This document shows, in pieces, positions 30,454 through 36,492 of a stretch of 64,000 nucleotides of DNA. The DNA comes from Patescibacteria group bacterium (lineage in GTDB: Bacteria; Patescibacteriota; Minisyncoccia; Phycocordibacterales; UBA1006), in assembly GCA_020428645.1 (NCBI GenBank), contig JAGQMN010000002.1, positions 36 to 64,035 of the forward strand, given 5' to 3'. A model generated the notes under the pieces. It was not told the DNA's origin. It worked only from the letters and a program-made list of their open reading frames with translations, and did not search any database. A program made the translations under genes and the position numbers. Within the stretch, counting starts at the first letter, position 1; each line of letters begins with the position of its first letter.

Positions 30454-30546
30454 GATCACCTCGACGGTGTATTGTTCATCGACAAAGCACGTAAATTACG
30501 CGACATGACTGATGAAGAAATTAATGAGGTTTTACAGAAAAAATAG
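30454..30546 (+). pseudogene. displaced 3' fragment of a peptide deformylase gene
   Basis: Translates to DHLDGVLFIDKARKLRDMTDEEINEVLQKK*, which parallels def residues DHLDGILFIDKAENLRDMTEEEINEVLQEN (29516-29605). By eye about four fifths of nucleotides are identical. No 5' part is present. Confidence 0.85.
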
Positions 30547-30547
30547 T

Positions 30548-30995
30548 ATGGAAAAATTCAACGACAATCAAAAAAAAAGAGAAAGAGCCTGAGTTCGATG
30601 AGTTTCCAAAAGAATTTGGTAGATACTATCATGGTTCACCGCATAACGTAGAGGAATTATTAAGTCCAAAAGAAAGCGGAAATATTAGACCTGGTGAGGA
30701 AGTGAGACGATCTTTTAAGGATGTAGTATTTCTCACTAAGGATATACAACAAGCGGTACAATATGCTGGTCCTGGTGGAGTAGTCTACCATGTAGATGCT
30801 GACGCAGTCCGGTACAAAGACATTGCTGCTACATATCTCAATCCTAAAAAACTAAAATCAGTGAGCGAAAATATTTATGTTGCAAAACCTGAAGATATCG
30901 AAATGGTAGTCAAGTGGGTAAAGCAAGCAAATAGAAGAAAAAATGAACCTGAAAAGTATGTGGATTACTATGTTAAGAAATCACCTGAGCGATAG
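30548..30995 (+). pseudogene. frameshifted small gene (island gene F) with a YHGSP motif; broken or slippage-dependent at an A9 tract
   Basis: The ATG at 30548 opens a 14-codon frame that stops at 30590. The long frame (open from 30528, ending at 30995) has no ATG/GTG/TTG before 30702. Losing one A from the A9 run at 30570-30578 fuses the two into about 149 aa. Confidence 0.6.
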
Positions 30996-31052
30996 TAGAC
31001 CAACGTATTTATTGTGTCGATTTTTACTCAAAGTCATAAACAATTAACGAGG

Positions 31053-31092
31053 ACTCGTCTCCTATCAAACTTTTGTTTAAGTGGAGACGAGT
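31053..31092. terminator. hairpin between gene F and end motif copy 2
   Basis: ACTCGTCTCC-(20 nt)-GGAGACGAGT, a 10-bp stem. No clean T-run, so terminator function is tentative. Confidence 0.4.
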
Positions 31093-31118
31093 ACCAGCTA
31101 TAGTAACTAATACTTCAA

Positions 31119-31232
31119 TAAGAGAGGTTCTCTGTCATTCAATGACAGGTCGGGTGGTAATCATGATATGTAATCATGATTACCACCCGAATTTGTAATT
31201 CAATAATATTCTCACTTATATGCACAGAAACG
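31119..31232 (+). repeat. island end motif, copy 2
   Basis: TAAGAGAGGTTCTCTGTCATTCAATGACAGGTCGGG-[hairpin 31151-31189]-CCCGAATTT. The flanks are identical to copy 1, while the internal hairpin has a different sequence and is still fully paired. Confidence 0.7.
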
Positions 31233-31335
31233 TTCTTCCTCCGACACCACTTCTCTTCTTAACTTATGAAAAGAAGTGGTGTCGGATAAAAAAGGCAATT
31301 TTTTGAAGAAATTGCCAGAAAACTTTATGCACTAA
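31233..31335 (-). repeat. island junction module J2
   Basis: Minus sense: stop, AAAGTTTTCT, hairpin GGCAATTT/AAATTGCC (31294-31316), TTTTTTAT, variable hairpin 31241-31285, AGGAAGAA. Confidence 0.6.
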
Positions 31336-32382
31336 TTAAGAATTTAAAAATTTTTCCATTATAATTTCTGCTTCGTAATCATCATCCAAATTCTTGTCAC
31401 AAAAATCATATCTTTGTGTTGTTTGTAAATTACGATAAAAAAACTTTTCTCTTTCTTCTAAAGACATTTCTTTGAAGAAATTCATTATAGGATTATTTTT
31501 TAATTGCTTATAATGATCCTGCAACTTTTTTTCAAGTTTTTTCATTTCTGATAAAATTTTTTTCATTGTAACAATGTCATATTCTGAGTGTTTTACTGGT
31601 TGTTTTTTTAAACACCTCGTCACACGTTTATTGCCTGATGATTCGCGATATCCATCAGGCATCGAAGAGGGGTCAGAGACAAGAATATCTTCACTTGCTC
31701 TTAATACCCATTTATTACCTTCAAACACAGCAGCACAACCCCAAGAAATTTTGAATAGCTCTTTATTGTGGTATTTTCTAAATTTCTCAAAAACCTTTGG
31801 TTTTTGAGGTACAATTGTTGTATTGTTTAGAAACGCGCTGATGATGACCTCTGTTGGAAAATTAAACTTAAGTAGACTACTTATTTTCCGGGTGGTGAAG
31901 TCAGACGAGCAAAAACTTCTATTCAAAGATTTATATCTTTTGATAATAGCCCTTCTTGTACGAATCACATCTTTATTCGGTTTGAATTGATGGATATGTC
32001 CATATGTTAACTGTAATTCTTCTTTTTTAAGATTATTACAATAAACTTGAAAATCTATTTGTTCTTTTGATAAAGTCTTCCTTAAAGACTCTGATCTAGC
32101 ATATAGAAAATCTATGGCTTCTTTTTTGCTTATTCTTTTCAAATACACAACTGGATGCACTTTGTCTGGATACTTGATTGCTCTTTTCTCCAAATCAATA
32201 CAAGAGCTTTCAGCTCCACTTAAAATTTTATAAGCCTCCTCCACATAAGAGAGATAGTATTCTGCATATTGATAATTTTCAACTCTGTCATCTTCATTAA
32301 ATGAATAATAAGGAGTATGAATTACCTTTACATTAATTTTATTTTCCTTTCTGTGAATAAGGAATGAACTATTTTTTGACAT
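31336..32382 (-). CDS. hypothetical protein (island gene B), very AT-rich
   Basis: 348-aa ORF with no recognisable motifs. Confidence 0.55.
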   Translation of the reverse strand: MSKNSSFLIHRKENKINVKVIHTPYYSFNEDDRVENYQYAEYYLSYVEEAYKILSGAESSCIDLEKRAIKYPDKVHPVVYLKRISKKEAIDFLYARSESLRKTLSKEQIDFQVYCNNLKKEELQLTYGHIHQFKPNKDVIRTRRAIIKRYKSLNRSFCSSDFTTRKISSLLKFNFPTEVIISAFLNNTTIVPQKPKVFEKFRKYHNKELFKISWGCAAVFEGNKWVLRASEDILVSDPSSMPDGYRESSGNKRVTRCLKKQPVKHSEYDIVTMKKILSEMKKLEKKLQDHYKQLKNNPIMNFFKEMSLEEREKFFYRNLQTTQRYDFCDKNLDDDYEAEIIMEKFLNS

Positions 32383-32389
32383 AATTTAT

Positions 32390-32445
32390 ATATTTAAACG
32401 TTAGCCAAAACTTCCATCAGAAAGCCAAAGCTAACGTTTAAATAT
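32390..32445 (-). promoter_or_regulatory. start-proximal leader hairpin of gene B
   Basis: 16-bp perfect stem ATATTTAAACGTTAGC/GCTAACGTTTAAATAT with a 24-nt loop that begins TTTGG on the minus strand. Ends 7 nt before the ATG. Confidence 0.6.
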
Positions 32446-32638
32446 GATCATGAAATATTTTCTACAGGCAGGTTTTGCCGTTGGCAAAACCTGCCTGATA
32501 AAAAAGATAATGTTTTGTTTTTAGGCTCCATTATCAAAAGACCTTTATATAATATTTACTCCACACCACGTGGAAATTTTATTTCCCCGAAGGGTTAGCA
32601 TTCTTGGAAACCAATCCAAGAATGCTATTTTAGAAACA
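32446..32638 (-). repeat. island junction module J3
   Basis: Minus sense: stop, hairpin 32596-32627 (loop TTGGTT), CCCUUCGGGG 32585-32594, GATAATG/CATTATC hairpin, TTTTTTAT, variable hairpin 32465-32497, TAGAAAAT. Confidence 0.6.
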
Positions 32639-33463
32639 CTATGATTGCGTTCCACCAGCAAAACCCCGGTTCGGATTCCCGTAAGTATCCGAAATTCCGA
32701 GATCCGCAGCATTATCTAAAAATGCTTGAACGGTGGCTGCGTCACCGTTTAGCATTACCTTCTGCTCAAATCCTGGACGTGAGTCCACGTGAGCGAGAAA
32801 GCTTTTACCGGTCATGGTGCCGGCCTCTACCATAAATGGTAGAGCTCCATTTTTGCGGAAATCAGGAACCTCCTGATCCCCAACGGTAATGGTTGCCGTT
32901 GGATTTTCCAAAAGCGCTACGCACTTTTGGATTTCCTTTTTCGCTTCGTCTTCGCTTACGCGTTGACGAGCACATAGTTCGGGCAAACGAATTGCCAGAA
33001 CTTCCTCGGGCGTTACCCCAGGGCACTCGCCCTGGTACGCCGCGCCGAGGCAGTGATCAGCTGCAGCAATCACTCGCTGCTTTTGATCCAGTTGCAGACC
33101 AAGCAAGTCTGCAACCTGCCCCAGTGAGCTCCCTGCCTCAAAATCGGCAGGGGTAGCCGCAAACCCGGGGTCTCCAGGTTTGTGGTGGTCAACCACGATT
33201 TTTTCCTGCTTGATAGAATAACTATCAGCAGGGGTACACTCGATCAGAACCATCTGATCAAATGCGTCCACCTCGATTTCTTCTCCATTTTTGGAGATAA
33301 TTGAAGTGAATTTCCCGGCAGTGTCGGGGAAACACCGTTTAGTATTTCCTTCCCTGTCGGGTGCCGCGGCATAACCAACGGCAATATTTTTTTGTGCAAG
33401 CAATGCTTCTATTGCTTGCATTTCGATGTCGTTAGCACCGAGGATAAAAATTTGATTGCTCAT
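32639..33463 (-). CDS. hypothetical protein (island gene C), possible DHH-like phosphoesterase; visibly higher G+C than its neighbours
   Basis: 274 aa. VVDHHKPGDPG resembles DHH motif III, and there are N-terminal ILGANDIEM and C-terminal FAGG motifs. Assignment is weak. Confidence 0.55.
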   Translation of the reverse strand: MSNQIFILGANDIEMQAIEALLAQKNIAVGYAAAPDREGNTKRCFPDTAGKFTSIISKNGEEIEVDAFDQMVLIECTPADSYSIKQEKIVVDHHKPGDPGFAATPADFEAGSSLGQVADLLGLQLDQKQRVIAAADHCLGAAYQGECPGVTPEEVLAIRLPELCARQRVSEDEAKKEIQKCVALLENPTATITVGDQEVPDFRKNGALPFMVEAGTMTGKSFLAHVDSRPGFEQKVMLNGDAATVQAFLDNAADLGISDTYGNPNRGFAGGTQS

Positions 33464-33777
33464 ATTTTTATACTCTGCTGGGACAGAGATTCTATTTATT
33501 CCCAGAATTACTGAATTTTTTGCGGAGAATTACAGTCATGCTCCGTCTCGCTATCTGCCACGCTGGTGTCCCCACCTTTTGCAGAAATGTTATGCGTGGT
33601 ACTTGGCTGCGCCGTTCCTCGCGAGATTTTCTATGAGTTTTCTACCGAGATTGCTTTGCTTTCGCTCGCAATGACACGGTACAAAACTCAATAAAAAAGT
33701 CGATTTTTGAAAAGAATCGACAGAAACTTTTTAACCAATCTGAAACCATAGGCACCATACCTGCGGTTTCAAAAAAA
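33464..33777 (-). repeat. island junction module J4 plus a GC-rich structured leader of gene C
   Basis: Minus sense: stop, hairpin, TGGTTAAAAAGTTTCT, hairpin 33699-33721, TTTTTTATT, long hairpin 33635-33689, ATAGAAAAT, then nested helices CTCGC/GCGAG (33547-51 with 33621-25), CCACGC/GCGTGG (33558-63 with 33594-99) and GGTG-TCCC-CACC (33565-76). Confidence 0.55.
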
Positions 33778-34509
33778 CTAAGATTCCCAAATTAACTCTG
33801 GAATCAAAACTCCAGAGTGACGAATCAGAAAAATAATATCCTCTACCATTTTGAGAGGGTATTTTTTTCTTAACTCCATTTCATAATACTCCAGGGCTGT
33901 TTCCAGCCCATATTCTCTTTCAAGATTTTCAAAAAAATCTGAATTCAGAGTATCCCCCTCACCCTTACCAGAAATAAGGTCTTGGTAAGATACCCCTACT
34001 TCCTTTAATCTCTCTCGAGCCTCAAAGAAAAATAAAATAGTTTTCTTTTCTTCTTCGCTCGTTTTAAGGATCTCAAGATAATCCTCGAGATCCTTTGAAC
34101 GCCCCTCCGCTAAAAGGGCTTTTTCTTTCTTATGTCGTATTGCAAACTCACGACTGCAATACGCTGGATTTTTTTGATCAGCTTCTGGTAGCTGATCATT
34201 TACGAGAATATCAACGACCCTTTGGTCGTCTTTTCCTAATAGAAGTCCCGCGTCGAGGACCTCTGTCCATTTCATAAACCCCGAAGGACTCTCGAGGTGT
34301 TTGGTTGTGGATCCATCCTGAAAGTCCATCGTGGCTATCAGGATCTTTTTTATTTTTTCCATGTCCTTGGTCGAGGACACTATCACGTCAACGTCTCTTA
34401 TCTCCCTCGAGATAAGATTGTGTTTTTTAAGAACCATAGAACCTACGATTCTTAAATTTATTTTTTTTGAAATGTTTTCCAACATCTCAGTAATTTTGAT
34501 ATTTTTCAT
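33778..34509 (-). CDS. Pol-beta superfamily nucleotidyltransferase-domain protein (island gene D)
   Basis: 243 aa. RIVGSMVLKKHNLISREIRDVDVIV fits the hG[GS]-x(9-13)-DhD NTase signature. Helical C-terminal half. Confidence 0.6.
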   Translation of the reverse strand: MKNIKITEMLENISKKINLRIVGSMVLKKHNLISREIRDVDVIVSSTKDMEKIKKILIATMDFQDGSTTKHLESPSGFMKWTEVLDAGLLLGKDDQRVVDILVNDQLPEADQKNPAYCSREFAIRHKKEKALLAEGRSKDLEDYLEILKTSEEEKKTILFFFEARERLKEVGVSYQDLISGKGEGDTLNSDFFENLEREYGLETALEYYEMELRKKYPLKMVEDIIFLIRHSGVLIPELIWES

Positions 34510-34516
34510 GGTTTTA

Positions 34517-34567
34517 ATTTTAAAGTTACCTAAAATCTCTAACAGAGACCAAAGGTAACCTTAAAAT
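34517..34567 (-). promoter_or_regulatory. start-proximal leader hairpin of gene D
   Basis: 14-bp stem (one mismatch) ATTTTAAAGTTACC/GGTAACCTTAAAAT with a 23-nt loop that begins TTTGG on the minus strand. Ends 7 nt before the ATG. Confidence 0.6.
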
Positions 34568-34720
34568 AATACTTATGAAAATATTTCAGGTTTTCTTCCT
34601 TCGGTGGATTTTACTACATAAAACCCACCGAATAAAAAAGTCGATTTTTGAAAAGAATCGACGGAACTTTTTAACCATTCCCCGAAGGGAACCCAAGCCA
34701 GCGACCAAGCTGGCTTGGGT
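34568..34720 (-). repeat. island junction module J5
   Basis: Minus sense: stop, hairpin 34691-34720 (loop TTGGTC), CCCUUCGGGG 34680-34689, TGGTTAAAAAGTTCC, hairpin 34640-34662, TTTTTTATT, variable hairpin 34601-34631, AAGGAAGAA. 34632-34677 is near-identical to 33691-33737. Confidence 0.65.
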
Positions 34721-34957
34721 CTATTGCCAGAATTTCCATGTTTCTATGCTATTTCTAATCTGGCGTATTTCCTCTCTGGTAAGTTCCTCTACCGAGGAAC
34801 TTGTTTGAATGGATTTGATCATGTTAAAGAAGTTTTGAACTTCTTTAACTTCATCGATCAGACGACATTTCGCCTGAAAACTCTACTTCCCTTTCTCTGA
34901 AAGGGATTCCACTAGATGCTGGTTGCATCTTTCTAATTCTTGTTTTAAATTTCCCAT
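34721..34957 (-). pseudogene. small helical ORF (island gene E) interrupted by an in-frame TAG
   Basis: Own translation: MGNLKQELERCNQHLVESLSEKGK*SFQAKCRLIDEVKEVQNFFNMIKSIQTSSSVEELTREEIRQIRNSIETWKFWQ*. The amber codon at 34883-34885 is in frame with the ATG at 34957 and the stop at 34721. Confidence 0.4.
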
Positions 34958-34961
34958 TTTA

Positions 34962-35048
34962 CTTGTTTTGGTGAACTTTGGTTTCTTACTCAGATTCTGA
35001 ATCAAGTCCAGAATGATAAACCAAAAAACCAAAGTTCACCAAAACAAG
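34962..35048 (-). promoter_or_regulatory. start-proximal 23-bp perfect inverted repeat upstream of gene E
   Basis: CTTGTTTTGGTGAACTTTGGTTT (34962-34984) pairs with AAACCAAAGTTCACCAAAACAAG (35026-35048). The 41-nt loop begins TTTGG on the minus strand. Ends 4 nt before the ATG. Confidence 0.6.
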
Positions 35049-35515
35049 ATAAATATGAAAAGCTCTCTTGAAATTTCCAAATCATTTGGGATTCCAAGAG
35101 AGTGTGACGTAGTCAAATGTATGATGTTGTTTGACTACCTCCCACTCTCTTTCAAGAGTTTGTGTCCAGCGGTAGTTCATACTTCTGCTGCGCGTGTTGT
35201 TCGCCCGTCGTCAAAGTATGATCTACGTGGTATGAAATTATTAAGGTACCATCCTTTCTTCACCTCTCTTACATTAGCAACCCGAGATTCTGAAGCTGTC
35301 TGCCCTTAGGTAGGACGATGTCAGAATGACGAGCGACTTGGTAAAGAAATTTCTGGAGACGAAGGTGGTTAGTCTTCCCCGTCCAGCAGATTTCTTTATC
35401 AATCTGTCTTTATCAGATATCCACCAGTGACGAGTTCCGGTCGTGTGGTAGATTCTGAATGGAACGGTTGGTGTGCCCTCAGCGCCGTTTGCACCAACCC
35501 CGTATTGATTTGCAA
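35049..35515 (-). other. ORF-free region rich in paired segments (candidate large ncRNA or element-end structure); strand uncertain
   Basis: No ORF of 60 aa or more that I trust. There are many nested inverted repeats, e.g. CTCTCTTGAAA/TTCCAAGAGAG, GAGAGTG/CACTCTC enclosing GTAGTCAAA/TTTGACTAC, and GGTTGGTG/CACCAACC. Confidence 0.35.
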
Positions 35516-35528
35516 AGAACCTCTCTTA
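35430..35528 (-). repeat. island end motif, inverted copy
   Basis: The reverse complement reads TAAGAGAGGTTCTTTGCAAATCAATACGGGGTTGGTG...CACCAACCGTTCCATTCAGAATCTACC. Its 13-nt terminus matches 29753 and 31119, followed by the same CGGG-hairpin-CCG layout. Confidence 0.6.
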
Positions 35529-35691
35529 GTCTCGTACATATCGTAGCATGTGCTTGACATAGTGTCAATACAGTGTGACCATATTTTACAAACTATGAAT
35601 AATATTATGACATTGTATTAAAAAATATTGATTTTCAATACGATTTAGTCATGTGCTTGTGACATTTTAAATCTTTTGGTACTATACCAGT

Positions 35692-36459
35692 ATGGAAAAT
35701 ACGCAAACCATACAACAGCTAGAGACCTTAGGACTCTCTCGTGAACAATCACTGGTATACCTCTGCCTGCTCGATAACGGGTTTAGCAAGGCTGGTAGCA
35801 TACCGAAAAAGACAGGTTTGAAACGGGGTTTGGTGTATAAAGTTCTCGATCAGCTCATTGAACGCGGGCTTGCCAAAAAACACGGGGAAGATACTGCGGT
35901 TGCACGCTTTGCCCCACTCTCTCCTGAAGGATTAAAATCACTCGTGGAAGAGAAACTTCGAGCTGCTGAAGCACACCAGGAACTCTTTAAGGATCTCTAC
36001 AGCCCACTTAAATCTAAATTCAATCTGTTAACGGGACGGCCAAGTGTACGGTACTACGAGGGTCACGATGAGGTTCGAGAGATGCTTTACGACTGTCTCG
36101 AAACAACAGGCGTCATCTACACCTACGCTGATGCCGACATGGTAGCCGAACACTTTCCTGATTTAAATAAGGAACATATTGCCGAAAGGCATGAACGCGG
36201 TATCGCAAAGAGAATTCTTGTTGCAGACAGCAAACACGGTCGACAGACCAAGAAGGACTCGCTGAAAGACGATCTAACCGACATACGGATTATCGAAAAA
36301 GAATATCTCCCCTTTAGCGCCGTTGCAGAAATATACGACAATAAAGTTGCCTATATTACCTCATCAGATATTGGAATATCTGGGGTATTGATTGAAGATC
36401 GACAAATTGCCACCATGCAAAAATTTATGTTTGAAGCTCTGTGGGAGCAATCACAATAG
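35692..36459 (+). CDS. TrmB-family transcriptional regulator
   Basis: 255 aa with an N-terminal winged helix (LETLGLSREQSLVYLCLLDNGFSKAGSIPKKTGLKRGLVYKVLDQLIERGL) and a TrmB-type C-terminal domain. Confidence 0.75.
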   Translation: MENTQTIQQLETLGLSREQSLVYLCLLDNGFSKAGSIPKKTGLKRGLVYKVLDQLIERGLAKKHGEDTAVARFAPLSPEGLKSLVEEKLRAAEAHQELFKDLYSPLKSKFNLLTGRPSVRYYEGHDEVREMLYDCLETTGVIYTYADADMVAEHFPDLNKEHIAERHERGIAKRILVADSKHGRQTKKDSLKDDLTDIRIIEKEYLPFSAVAEIYDNKVAYITSSDIGISGVLIEDRQIATMQKFMFEALWEQSQ

Positions 36460-36492
36460 CAACAACATTCCCGTTTCTCAAAAAAACAAGCA

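Noticed and set aside
35049-35530. tmRNA, SRP RNA, 6S RNA or a group II intron as the identity of the structured ORF-free segment
   Set aside because: The segment has none of the expected signatures. It has no tRNA-like 3' end (GGTTCGAATCC...CCA) and no alanine-ending tag frame. It has no SRP domain IV motif and no domain V-like hairpin. It is therefore left unassigned.
29640-35690. Canonical integron attC sites or a CRISPR array as the explanation for the repeated hairpins
   Set aside because: - Not CRISPR: the repeats are not identical short units with regular spacers, and whole genes sit between them.
- Not canonical attC: I could not find RYYYAAC...GTTRRRY core pairs at the helix bases. 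GTTAGC/GCTAAC in one hairpin lies at the loop end and in the wrong order.
- No IntI-like integrase is in the window.
- The cassette analogy is kept only as a hypothesis.
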